Below are positions 13,813-26,163 of a stretch of 64,000 nt of DNA, in pieces. The stretch is from contig NMRA01000283.1 in assembly GCA_002633005.1 (NCBI GenBank), positions 284,351 to 348,350 of the forward strand, read 5' to 3'. The position numbers and the translations under genes are program-made. Every line of letters begins with the position of its first letter. Positions within the stretch are counted from its first letter, which is position 1. The notes under the pieces were generated by a model. That model saw nothing but the letters and a program-made list of their open reading frames with translations, ran no database searches and was not told the origin of the DNA. Source of the DNA: Phoronis australis. Taxonomy: Eukaryota; Animalia; Phoronida.

Positions 13813-15689
13813 TCCTACCCGTGAACTCTTCGTCGGATGAGCTCTCGACTAAGTCGGTATTAGCCCCGGTCGAGTTGCCATGTAGACATTTATTATTCTG
13901 CGTTCTGTTTCAAAATGAATTATTCTCACCCTAACCACTGCTTTTATAAAACTGAAATAAAGTCTGTCTCATTAGATACAATTTGTAATGCCTTTGGAGT
14001 ATTCGTGACTGAGTGCAAATGTTTTGAGAAGCCAGCAATAAATAAATCACTGCGTTACCGGCTTTAGATGCAATAAAGGTAATTGACCGGGCACCGAGGC
14101 CGTACGTGTGAGCGCATGCTAATTCAGTGTTTGCTGACAGAAAGCTGTTGAGAAACAATAACTCGAATTTATATGCTATGGTCATATGTTAGGGGAATCT
14201 TTATTTAGATATACAAATACATTATTCAAATCATTGTTACTGTACAACCTTTGCCCTGGCGGTTCTCTGGAAGGAGAACCCTTCGCGGCCCCTGACAATT
14301 AAGCAAGTAGATTTTCAGTTTCGTGGCTAATTCAGCTAAAGAATTGCGTGCACATTATTTCTTTGGCTCACTATAATAGTCTTTTCGTGACTGCAATTTT
14401 AGTTTTCAACTTAAGCTGGTTTATGTTCGTGATGTCCAGTCCCGGCGGCCGCGACGGGCCTGATCGGGTTCCAAGCCACTGGCGGTGGGTAACAAGCGTT
14501 TTGTGTGTTTAGACCTGGAAAATCGCAAGTCTAAGAGTACAACACACAGCTATGTTCCCCCGTCTGTATTCCACGGAAGAATGATTTGAATTTATCACCA
14601 AACAGAACCAAACTCCCGCGATCGACCATGGTAAATTGGCCTACCGAACTCCGTAGGCTACGGTACGTTCAAATACCTATAAATCCGCAACAGTGAAATA
14701 AAACAACACGTTTGTTTAAGAACTCGATGTAGTTGTAAGGGGTTCACATCGAATTTTGATGATTTATTGGTGTAAAACGATGAATTCAATCGGTAAGTTG
14801 ACACCAGTAAGCGTGTTGTGAACGGCTGAAAACACTGCGTTCGAACCGATTGCGTCATTGGTTAATTTCAACGCCTCCGTCTGCCGTTAGGTGTCAGGTA
14901 AAACAACTGAACTTGCTGTTATCGAGGGGAACAACTCGATCTAAATTGATACAAAATAGGTTGTTTTGGGTGGCATTACTCCTTTAACTGCTATTGTCAC
15001 CGGTCGTGATTTCAACAGGCCAAGAATTGTATGACGACACTTGGCTTACCTCAAAATCAAACTGTCGTCTGGTGGTTTGGTAATTGGCCCAACTATGTTG
15101 CACATTCAGCAGAATTAATGATGAACATATTATTGCAACATTAAACAAAAGTTTTAAGTCGTAAAAGTAACACTTCTTGTCCAATTTCCAAAATTCAAAA
15201 ACCTTATCACGTGTGCTTTTCACGAAATTTTCGAGTGTGCTATTTACAAAGCGAAAATTCAAAATTCTACTGTTGTAGCCCCCAATGTGTTTATGATGAG
15301 TCTCATTATCTAGAGAACGATAGCATCAGCAGTCTGATGCGATTTCACAACCACAACAGCATGGTGTCTTTGATCTAAACCGGCAGATTCAGTGGTGCGC
15401 AATCCGGTCGAGTTGGCCAATCTCTACCGGTTGGGGCGTCAAGGTAGGGTTCTTTACATGAACGAATGGTTAGTAGACAACGTCGAGAAAAAGAGACCCC
15501 CCCCCCTTCCAGAAGTCTATGTTTTCATTAATTCTTGGGGCACGTTGAAAACTCTGATGTTAAGTAATACACCATGATCTCAGCGGCTTTTTGGGCATGG
15601 AAAAGTAATCAATTTTCTTGGGTAAATCTGTCCTCCAGTGGGTATCCCGATGCTCAGAAATGGCCACCCTGGAAGGCTAACTTTGGTGT

Positions 15690-16000
15690 GTGAAGTCATG
15701 GGGGGCCATGGGAGTGGCATTTAGAAATTGCGCTAGATCCACTCGTCTGGTCACCGTTTAAAATTTCCTGCAACAATTACTTCTTAAACCACCGTATCAA
15801 CATGGCTTTGCTAGCTAATAATGTGGAGCCCCAGCCAGCCGGTTATATCTCGGGTCGGAAATTAAACTGGACAAGCCCTAGAAGTTGCCTCATATCATTT
15901 ACAAATTATTCAACATAACCCAGTGTATTATGAATGAACCTTGCAGAAAAATTGAGGGGTGGATAAACCCTGGCAGACACGCCTTAACCTCCTATCAGCT
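15690..16000 (-). pseudogene. Possible degenerate Gypsy-like reverse transcriptase fragments
   Basis: RRVCQG at 15967-15984 (cf. RLPQG), VNDMRQLLGLVQF at 15864-15902 (cf. LRSFLGLVxY) and TPKLAF (cf. APxLA). The spacing is too short for an intact RT, so deletions would be required. Confidence 0.25.
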
Positions 16001-16771
16001 CACCAGGTCACTGACTGAAACGACGTCCACTGTATATCCATATGACGCAACTGTTGCATGACAGACAATTTCAGTTGCGGGGTACCCCAGCCTGACAAAA
16101 TTAATGTGCCCCAAAATTATTCTAGATCAACCCAAGAGATAACCACATAAAATCAGTTGTAAATTATTCATTTCAACCAAATGATCCATGAATTATCACT
16201 GCCAGACAATCCCAGTGGTGAATTTTTTCGCCTGAACCTGCGAGTTGAGCTGGAACACCAGGTAGCAAACCGGTTGAAGCTAATTACACTAATTACTCAG
16301 TCGCAAATTTGAATATCACTCCGCCTACTGCAATCACATGTCAAAGCCTTAGGCAAACAAAGACAAAGGTTGCAAGTAAGCAAGGAAGGGTCATTATCAG
16401 TAATTTGAGCATGGCTGTCACCTTTTAATGTTACTTCCAACAAACCTAAAGTTGGCTGATTTTAGCCGGCTGACTGATTTCCTGACAATGTTGATACCAT
16501 GCTACACCAGTTGAAGGTAAAATGAAACAAGTTTGACGCGGTTTATAGGCCAGGAGGTCCTCCCAGGACATACACGTAGTAGTACGGGTGTAACCACAAG
16601 TGTGGTTCCCTCTTAAAGCACATGCCCTCGGCACGTCCATGTCCCAAAATAATAATCTTACTTTTTATTCATGATTCATGAAGTGGTCACGAAGATGTCG
16701 AAGACTGGCAATCAATCACAGGACAAATGGGTTGTATATTGGGTAGCGTTCAATAGCTATCTCGAGGCTTG

Positions 16772-16870
16772 AAAATCTAGCCAAAATCAGGTGCTCTTGT
16801 TTGAAATACACGGCAATATCTCGCGTAATCTCGCGAAGTCTTGCTTTTTTACCGAGGTCCTAGCTTTACT
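16772..16870 (-). mobile_element. Short dispersed element family D, copy 2 (inverted)
   Basis: The reverse complement agtaaagctaggacctcggtaaaaaagcaagacttcgcgagattacgcgagatattgccgtgtatttcaaa matches 13043-13105. Confidence 0.65.
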
Positions 16871-17060
16871 GATTATTGTCTTATCCAAAGACTAAGTCTG
16901 AAAGAATGCGAAGGTATTTGTTCGAAGATTGCATTTGGTATAAAGGAGAAGGCAACCTTTTTCATGTCATTTTTAGTAAAAATACGGTTTTTTGATTTTC
17001 CCAGACATGTTTTTCAGTCATGACGGCTTCCAGTAATTTTATTAATTAGTCATGCCTTAC

Positions 17061-17108
17061 TCCGGAAGTGACGTTTAGGGGGTTAAGAATTTCCCGCCCG
17101 CCATTTTG
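17061..17108 (+). promoter_or_regulatory. ETS-CRE composite (CCGGAAGTGACGT) plus YY1-like (CCGCCATTTTG) motifs within the left TIR
   Basis: Motifs are read directly about 100 bp upstream of the THAP start and are mirrored in the right TIR. Function is inferred only. Confidence 0.45.
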
Positions 17109-17210
17109 TTTTCATATAATCTGACTGTGTGAGCTGTCGATTCAGTCATAATTTTACCTCGATTGTGATAATTTCGGTCGTCGTTTCCGTTTGCTTATGA
17201 GTCAGTCAAC

Positions 17211-17760
17211 ACGCCGCAAGGTTGCTGCATTCCGAGTGTACTCATTATCGTCTCTCGCATTTTGGGTATGCCATTACATCGTTTTCTGAAAGATGACACA
17301 CTCCGCCGTACTTGGCTTGTTTGTGTGAAGAATGCGTCGTTACCAGTCCACACAATGTACAAAGCAGTTAAGAATTACCAAGTGAGTGCATTTTTGTAGC
17401 GAGAAGCCTCGCGAGATATGGCCTCATCTACTGTCATCTGTGCGTCCGAACTTACCTTAGAGCATGCAATTCCGAGAACTAGCAGTGATTCGCCTTGTGC
17501 TGGTGTTGTCTCCAGCCCAAAGCCTGAAAGCTGCCCTGCAACGATGTTGAGTAGTGGAAGTGAACACAGGCCCAGTTCGACACCCGATGAAGAAGATAGT
17601 TCGTCGTCCAGTGCGCAGGCGGGTGAGCTATACTTTGATGAGTTTATTGTAGACTTGACTGAAGTATTGGAGCTATTTAGATGGTGCCAGGTGTGTGGCA
17701 AGGGAGTCACTCGGTGGTATGTAAGCGGTTTTGGTGCTCAGGTCACCATCCAGTGGGAAC
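17211..17760 (+). pseudogene. Kolobok transposase N-terminal part (THAP domain plus Cys-rich region), degenerate
   Basis: GCCIP...LHRFLKDDTLRRTWLVCVKN...YKAVKNYQVS (17211-17399) is THAP-like and similar to the 13462 ORF. It is followed by EFIVDLTEVLELFRWCQVCGK...GAQVTIQW, matching the FIV..L.ELF..CxxC motif I recall from THAP-transposase families. No DDE core remains. Confidence 0.75.
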
Positions 17761-17908
17761 AGCATAGACATTCCATTGAGGTCGGCATAACAGGGCACAA
17801 CGTGCCTTTGCACCAAGACGTCCCACCACATCTGTCCTCAGTTTCTGCCTCACCTCTCTCAACAGCTGCCTGTGCGTATTCTGCCTCACTATACTCGTGC
17901 TCAAACAT
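17750..17908 (-). pseudogene. KolX / P2X7 C-terminal ballast (Zn-coordinating Cys domain)-like protein, N-terminal half
   Basis: Hand translation, absent from the ORF track because it is under 60 aa: MFEHEYSEAEYAQAAVERGEAETEDRCGGTSWCKGTLCPVMPTSMECLCCSHW. It matches the WCxCxxCxxMPTxxExxCC motif with one Cys changed to Gly. Confidence 0.8.
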
Positions 17909-18178
17909 TATCCACCCACTGACTGTTCGTGAAAAAATTTCCTCGTCACATTTCCTATGAACAATGTCTTCGTCACGTCACTGTGTATGTGACATGGGCC
18001 GCCAACTCCAGCCCTTTTCAGTCTACTACAAACTAAACGATCCCTAAGTCCAACGTAATTGAGTTCTCAAACAACCTAGCATGTCGTAAAATACTCATCA
18101 ATGAGAAATTGTGACAATTAGGAAACCAGCATGAAACATCAGTTTAACAGATCCTCACAGTAAACTCGAAAGCAGAAA

Positions 18179-18222
18179 CAAAATGGCGGGAAACTCTTAA
18201 CCCCCTAAACGTCACTTCCGGA
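18179..18222 (-). promoter_or_regulatory. Mirrored ETS-CRE plus YY1-like motifs in the right TIR
   Basis: caaaatggcgg (18179-18189) and acgtcacttccgg (18209-18221), oriented toward the ballast-like ORF. Confidence 0.45.
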
Positions 18223-21200
18223 GTTGGGCAAGACTAATTAATAAAATTATGGGAAGCCGTAATTAATGAAACATGTGTCTGGGATAATCAACGAACCGTA
18301 TTTTTGTAAAAATGAGATGAAAACAGCTGCCCTTAAGGTGAAACTCAGACGGAGAACGAACATGTCTTAACCTTGTTATAACATCTTCATGAGTGGTCGA
18401 CTATCACATACTGGTGCTCCGTCGCGATTTTTCTAACTCAAAAGTCGTACACGATCTGCCGCCTAAGATAGAATACGCTTCATTTTACAGCCGCCTTTAG
18501 TTCGATTTAGGAGAAATTTTATGCCACTAGAAGACTTCTGTCTACACAAACCGATTGGCTTATACAATTACGTATACAACAATTGAAGTGTGTAAACAGA
18601 AGTTCAGTCTTGACACCAGAGTATTTAAACCATGCTGGGAAAAACACCAAGCTAAAAGAAGTAGTGAAGAAAATAACAGAATATCATCTCTGACTTCCTG
18701 TTGGACTGTATGCAAATAGCATAATTTATGTGTAAATTATTTAGAAATTAACAATGCTTGCAATTATTTTACAGTCGGTTGTTGGTGAGGTTTTATAAAT
18801 TTATGAAACTGGCATTGACATTTTTATCTATTCTTGCTTAATAATGTCAATTTTTACTAAATAAAAGCATTTTCCAAAATGTATAGATATTCGACCCAGG
18901 CGTATGCAACCTCTTCTATCCTCACTGTATTTTCAGATGAAGCCAAAGTTGCTGCCTCTCAGCTTTGTATTACAGGAGCTTCATCTAAGTAGAATGTCCC
19001 TGACGAGATGTTTGATAATGACGATGGCGCCAGAAACATGGCGGATGGTGGCGTATATCATCAATTACTGCGAAGACATGAGAATAACTGTCGAAAGCAT
19101 TCAAAAGTCAGTCCACGGTCCTCTTTTTGGCGGTTCGAGAGGCCATGCGGACGACTGAATCGACCCCTGTGCTCGGTTGCGTGAAACAGTCCTAAATAGG
19201 GACTCGACAATGTTCCCTAAATTTTCAGCTGATTTGTAGATTTTGTTTACTCACTGATGTTATACTTCCGGTTACTTTGTCTTTATTGATTTTTATTGAT
19301 AGCAAATTGAAGAGTTTGGTATCCCTTAGTATCAAAGCTAAAAGTTGACATTGCAATGCACAAAAATAACAGAAAAGTGGCAATCAGTCGTTGCATATTA
19401 ATGCGAAACTGTTACTTTTCTGTTCTTTTAAAGTGATGATGGGAATAATATATTCAGAGGTGAAGACAACCTGTTGCAGCAGTACCATAGGCGGCATTGT
19501 TACCATTGTCATTATTATTGATTTTATTATTTAATCTCTGTAGCTTCTTCAATGTTATACCATACGGTTGTTTAATGATCATATGATTTTGACTGATTGT
19601 GTAGTTATAAGCAAACCAGCGGTCAGTATTTCCTAGTCAATAATTATCCATGTTGGTCGCTCACACCTCAACTCCTAGGTGGGATCCGGCTGATATCCTC
19701 TTAGCACCAGATCCAATTAAGATGAGCCAAACAGCATGTCGTCAAATCTGCCACATATCGTAAGTCCGCATACAGAATGAAGTGACCGTCGTGTAGATGT
19801 TTGTCACAACGTTGTGTAGTGCGTCTTCCCTTCAAGCCTGTCATTCAAACAAGAACGCAGATATTGTCAAACGCACGCGCTAACTGCTAAATGTGTTCAC
19901 ACCCCAGAAATGTAAGAATAACTGAAGCGTTATACAACACCCACTACTGACACATTCCCGATAAAGCGATGTCATTACTGTTGTGCAGTGTCGACACTCA
20001 ATTCTACAAATACTGTCTGCCTGACAATTTTTAACAAATGTTTTGGCATTGGAACAAAGAAAGTTTAGCAATGACTGACGTTTCGCTATTCTAGACCACT
20101 TTTTAGTAGGAAAAAACCTTCCATCACGAGGAAAATGACAAGTTGGCTACTATCGCTTTCGCTGAGAAAGGGTATTTGATATTAGGAAAAGGTGTGCTGT
20201 TCCGATGCAACACTTATCTACATTGAGCAGTTTCTGTATCAGTGTCGGTATCATCGTTTCAATGGTGAATTTGTTCTGCCTCTTGTCAACCCGCAAACTA
20301 AACAAGAACGGCCGCCATTGCTATAAAACTTAATGGCAAAAAATCCTTTGCTTTTTGGAAGCATCCCCGTTTTTCTCAGAATTGTGCAGACGTACTTAAG
20401 AATGAAAGGCTTGTTATTGCGTGGAAAGAATTATTTACCATCAACGAAAACACGTGTATCTACTTTCAGAAGTTGCAGTACGAGTTGTAATTGTTTAATT
20501 CTTGACATAGATCTTATCTGTTATGGCATGAATTTTTTCAAAACAAAGGTTTGCAAAACCATTCAACCTAGTATTATTCATTAGAACCACGAGTGCTTGT
20601 AGCTATCTTTTTAGAACTAATGACTCTCATCTAATTTCTATGTACTGTAAGAAAGAGACTAGCACTGTCTTGCACAAGCTCGTCCGTCCATTACCTCGTT
20701 ACGTTATGGTGTAGTACATGGTAACATCAGCTTGTGCAATGGATTTCGCGGGCAAACCATATTTTGCAATAAATTGAAGTATTTTGAAAGTTTGAGGCTT
20801 TGGATAGTCACTGACATCTTGGCGATTGTCTCTATCACATCTCCCATTCATTTCACTCAAAAGAAGTTTTAAATCGTGTTTGCACACTTCGAACTAAGAA
20901 CTAATCCCTTGGTCCACTCGTTGATATTCGGTAATATTTCCTAGTTGTGCTGGAACTGGAACAACACAAGATTAGTTGTACGTCAACTTGGAACTTCTGA
21001 ATCACTCAACTAATCTAGACTTTTAAGTAAATCAGAGATTTAAAGGTTTTCAAACATGAACAGACCACAGATGCTGTAGTTTTTAGGTAAATAACCAATT
21101 TTTGTATAAATAATTCCCACAAGTATGCGAGATGAGAAATTGTTCGATCGTTCATTTGGAATTCATGGTAAGAATTATATGATTCGTGATTGATTAAACG

Positions 21201-22681
21201 ATGTGTTTTCTAGATACGAGGAATGTTTCAAGTATCAGTCAATCAAAAAGAGGTCCAGGGTTTTAGTGTGCTTAAGAAATAAAGAAAAGTCGCCGATGGA
21301 TCGCTCGGATACGGCGCGTTGTGAAGTCCGTAGTGAATGGCCACAGAGGAGGTAAGAAATTTGATATTCAGTGTTCTCGCCTGCAAGGTTAAAAGGCTAG
21401 TAAAAATATTTCCATTTCGTTAGAAAAGATGAGGGTCGGAGTTGGAGGCAAATCCATTGTACAAGCTTAATTTTTTATTACCTTTCTAAGTATGTCATAA
21501 CGTCGTACGGAACGATGACGAGTGCTGTACCGAATACGCGTGGCCAAGCACTCCATCTTTAACAATTCCTGGGGTACACCGAATCATTTTTTTTAGTTAC
21601 AGCCGCCTAAATAGAGGCATCCCTGGAAAAAACGCAGAATTTACATGGATTACTGAAAAGTCGCCTCTGATAAAATTAAAGTTTGAAATCTTTGAAAACG
21701 GATTAATTCTGTTGTATGATGTCGGTTTTAAGTTTAAAAAGATCCGTTTTTTGTATTGTCTCCTCTTCTTTGAATCACCAAGATTTTCACATTCTTTTCT
21801 GTAACCAGTTGACTGATTAACACAAAAAATTTTGGAAATTGGTGAAATGGTTGCATAAAATGAGCAAAATCTCAGAACAGGAATACCCACAACACAAACG
21901 GAGATAAACGCAATTAGTAAACGATCAAGGGCAGCGTTTTTCGGATAAATTACGCGATTTTTTTCATTAAACCCTCCATTTTCTGGAGTGAGTCGAAAGA
22001 CATACTATTGAAGAAATCGTGCCTTTCGAATTAAAGATCTAACTACCAGTTAACAAAACAATGTTTGTCATTTCCTTGTCAAAAATGTGGCCTACAAGTA
22101 CGGTTAACTAACCTATGGTCGGACCTTCATGGGAAGGGTTCTGTATTATATTGCGGTTTACAGCTAAATTTCCTCAGATCGTATATACCCCGATTCAGAC
22201 CAATAACCGGGTCATGGATTTCAAAATATACGCAAAAGAAGGGAAAATGTGGGCTCTCTCGCTGCAGAGAAGACAGGAACAGACCAAATCTAAAACTGTG
22301 TGAACCTTGGCAGATCAGTTCACAGTTCACGGGTTTCCTTTGCGGTCGTTTTCATTTCGTTTTTTTTTTCATGCATGGTCGACCAGGGTACTAAAGGAAG
22401 GCGATTTTGTGGCAGTAAATATAGGTGATTGTTTAGCCAATGAAACCTGAAGATTCGATAATTAATGTTCTCTAAGCCAATAAGAAAGCACTTTTCATCC
22501 TGTAAAACTATGTATGAAAAGGTCACAAGCGCTAAAAGACGAATAGAACACGGGATATGTTGATTTAGAAAATTGTCTGGCTTTTTTATTTTTTCGTACA
22601 TTGTATGTTGATCACTCGTTTACTCAGTCAGGACATGCTCAGAATAGACAAAGGGGCAACAGATTTGGGAAACAGGTCATG

Positions 22682-22940
22682 TTTTGGAGTCATACAACGG
22701 TCGTTTTTAAGGCAAACAATCAACAAACGTTATTTGGATAATATATTAATGTGATCGCAAGCTCTAGGGAATCAGAACGCTCAGAGTGCACGCGATAAAA
22801 TCCGGGCAAATATAATGAAACTCAGTGAGCATTTTAGCCTTTGAAAACACACCTGTTGTACGTAACGTAATGGTGGGAACCGCGATGCCTTGGTGGACGT
22901 TTGCATTCACCTGGTGGTTAAAGTTTTACGGTTGTTAGAA
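22682..22940 (+). repeat. Dispersed repeat family A, copy 2
   Basis: Aligns to 4343-4510 and carries an extra internal segment of roughly 90 bp. Confidence 0.7.
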
Positions 22941-25900
22941 TTGCTGACGTGCTGGTGACGCGGTGTTAAAATCGAGCCTCGATAAATGAGGAAGACCGAA
23001 ATCGAATTTCGATGACGTAATTGCATTACTTCAAGAAAAAGTAACAACATTTGAAACATCGCTACAGTAGTAGTGATCAATATTGCAACTTGTTTAAGAA
23101 TGGTTGATAACTCGATAATCTGTCCACATCGTATAACATTTTGTTTATATCTGCATCAATTGAACGATGGCCATGGTTCCCATACGTTATGAGCTAGCAA
23201 AAACACCCCAAAGTGACATTGAAGCAGCTACGAAACTTTTTTATTGCAAAGGATTAACACTTGCCGGTCAATCTTTGGATCAGATAATCTTCTAGTCAAA
23301 GATAACCCAAATAAACTGAAGAAAACTAAAAAATGGCAAATTGAAGAAACTTTGACGGTTTTGATTATATTTCTTGGTTTACTAATTTTTCTTGAATTCA
23401 GCTTATAAGTGTTTTTTTTGGCTTCTACATTAAACGTTACACCATTATTTTTTCTTTTATGTTTATTTTGATGTTCTCCATGCTTTCTATTAAATAAGAA
23501 AAATAGGAGGTCACCGACTTCGTTCTTGAGCTATTTTACTCAAACAACGTTGTTTAAGAATGCGCAAATTTCACAATCACAATCACAATTACTTTGCTGC
23601 TGTTGCTAGGTTTGTGAAGTAGGTTGAGTTGTTGGGAACAATGTAAGACTATAAGTTTCTTCTTCAAAATCACCGTTTGAATCAAGTCATGCCTAATCTC
23701 AATACTTGTGCTTAGTGTGACATAATTGTGAAATTTGATGTCGCTTGCTATTAAATGTCAAAATACCAGAAACTCAACATTTTCTTCAAATTGAATAATC
23801 TATTACTTGAAATCAAAATCATATTCGAATGTTATATAATTTATTCAATGTCGTAAAATGAGGACTGCTTAACGGCTTTTTGGCGGTGTCGAAACTCCTA
23901 AAGTGCGTTGCCATTTTACAACATGCCAAAAAGAGACTTTTTATCGTTTCCATATCATTCACAGCGTATGACAGAGCGTTAAATGAGGCATAACATGACC
24001 CAAGTCGAAAGCCAAGCAGCAGCCAATCCCAAGGTAGCTAGCGATTGACAATTGCGTCACGAAGTGGCGAGATTGAGAACCTCGCGTGACTACGCGTAAT
24101 TACAAGATGGAGTGCAAAGCGGCTCTATTCTCTTTCTTCTTACATATAGAGCAGATAATACTAGAGATGTGTTTTAAAATCAGTGATCGAGATAAATTCC
24201 TGTGATTAGAGCACCAATGTGTAAATCAAAAAGTCATTCATCAACTTACCCCTGTCTGCTCTTTACTGAGGAAAAATTGTTGCTTCCAAACTGAGAACAT
24301 CACTGAATCTGTTAAGAAGTTAACAAGAGAATATTTTTAATAACATTTGAAGATGTGAATAGACTTGAAAATTACTCGATAACATTGTCTTACTTGTATT
24401 TATTTTTGCAATGTTCACTTTCTGTCACTGTGCAGAACATTTCCAAGAAACTCGTTACTGCAGGCAGCGAGCAGGTCAATTTAATAAATCGAAGAAAATA
24501 AATTTCAGATGTTGCTTTTTCATTTTTATCTTTTTGCAGAATCTAGCTTACACGTAGTAAATCTTGTTACAGTCATATCCGGAATTCATGATTGTGTAAA
24601 AAACACCAAAATACTAAGAGAGAAGAAACGCCAGTAGAAAAAGAAAGAAGAAAATGGTTCTGAAATTAGCAGGAATTATATAAAAATCTGTGCTGTGAGA
24701 CATTCTGTTGCTGTGGCAGTCACTGCGATAATTTTCCTGTTTGGTAGCTGGTGTTTTTTATGTGTCAAGTATTCTGGCTGATCATTGGATCTCATCTACA
24801 ATGCTTTGCATAATCCTCCATGACAACCTTTTCATTTTGTACACGTGACCAGAAAATCGTCAAACTCCATTTTCTTCTTAACAATCGAGATGGCGTGGGC
24901 ATTTGATTATTACTGATTTGAAACGACACCACAATGAACGGCGAAATGAATTACGTCTGATCACGTACATTGTAATTACTGGTGTGTAGTCGTGAAATAA
25001 CGAGCCTTTCATTAATCATAATTATATAGACAATGGAAGGTTTGTGAGGAAGCAAAGGGTTGTTTTTGCAGGTATTATTGGACATACTCTGGTGGTGGTG
25101 TTGAACGTACAGTGTACATAGCGTTTTGACTGCTCTGGTTATTGTATGTGAGACTGTATTACACACACCGGTATTCTTTAATTGTTGTATATCAATGTTT
25201 TTGAAACAAATCGTTTGTGTTTGTATTTTGATGCTGTTTATTTAAAAATATAACAATGTCTAACTGAACCCCAGTGAAAGGGCTGTCGCTCTCTGCATCG
25301 CACACACTGTGCCAAACGAGTGTTTCCGCAAAATGGCCATTTCTACAGAATTTGATGAAGGTGATCTCTTGCTGAAGACAAAAACAAAAAATGTGACTGA
25401 TAGTGCAATTTGTAATACCCTTGAATCGGCTTATTTTGAGACTGTCATTCAAATTTTAAACCCACTGCTTATCCGTGAGACAGGAGTTGGACATGTGTTA
25501 AATAAACACCATTGTGACCGGTGGTGTTTCCTGTTCCGATAAACAAAAAGTATCCACGTGTCCGAGTGAAGCATGCGTAGCGCGTGCGCAGTGGCGTGAT
25601 ACAGAATTAGAAGTAGCATGGACATGGATTGTTCTACGATCTTACGCTCTATTCACATCATTCAGTACTATTCCGCTGCTTTGTCCTGCGTCCCGCCACA
25701 ACATCAGAATACCATGGTTTTTGACAAAAGTGACTAAATTTAGTATCGTATATTTTGTGCTTTTCTTCGTTCTTTTTACTGTTATGATTGGCGAAAATTT
25801 TCTTGAAACACTAACAAATGCAACTATCTTGAATAAATGGCCACGGGGTTGCATTAAATTTAAGGAGGTTTGGCATTTTTTCTTTTTTCTGTCAATCAGA

Positions 25901-26163
25901 CATGATCTGTACAATCAACTGATGAAAACTTGTCTGTAAGAACACTGAATGAAATGAAATACCAAACAGCACGTCTTGTAAGGTTTAAAACGTCGAACAT
26001 GGTCTCCTAGTCGAGATGATTTGTTAACTAAGAAAATTTAAAATTGCATGGCTTTCTATTCGAATATAAACCCATAAAGACATGACCTTATCAGTAGGAA
26101 TTTATGATATGCATATTATAGAGGACCGAAGCAGGCAGGTTCTTCTGAGTTCTTGTGGAACTG

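Larger units (their letters stand above)
13300..14983 (+). mobile_element. Kolobok-type DNA transposon, internally deleted (1684 bp)
   Basis: TTAA flanks at 13296-13299 and 14984-14987. The left TIR is AGGAGAATGCCAC and the reverse complement of the right end is AGGAGTAATGCCAC. It contains a THAP ORF (+) and a convergent YQFEPEY ORF (-). Confidence 0.85.
16944..18332 (+). mobile_element. Kolobok-type DNA transposon, internally deleted, with ~165-bp TIRs
   Basis: 16950-17113 is the inverted repeat of 18175-18332. The right end is followed by TTAA (18333-18336). The left end AGGAGAAGGCAAC, preceded by ATAA, resembles the TIR of the 13300 element. It contains THAP/transposase (+) and ballast-like (-) remnants. 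Confidence 0.85.

Noticed and set aside
24640-24782. Hydrophobic peptide (VAVAVTAIIFLFGSWCFLCV) as the last exon of a membrane protein
   Set aside because: An in-frame stop lies between the nearby splice-acceptor-like site and the peptide, and no other exons were identified.
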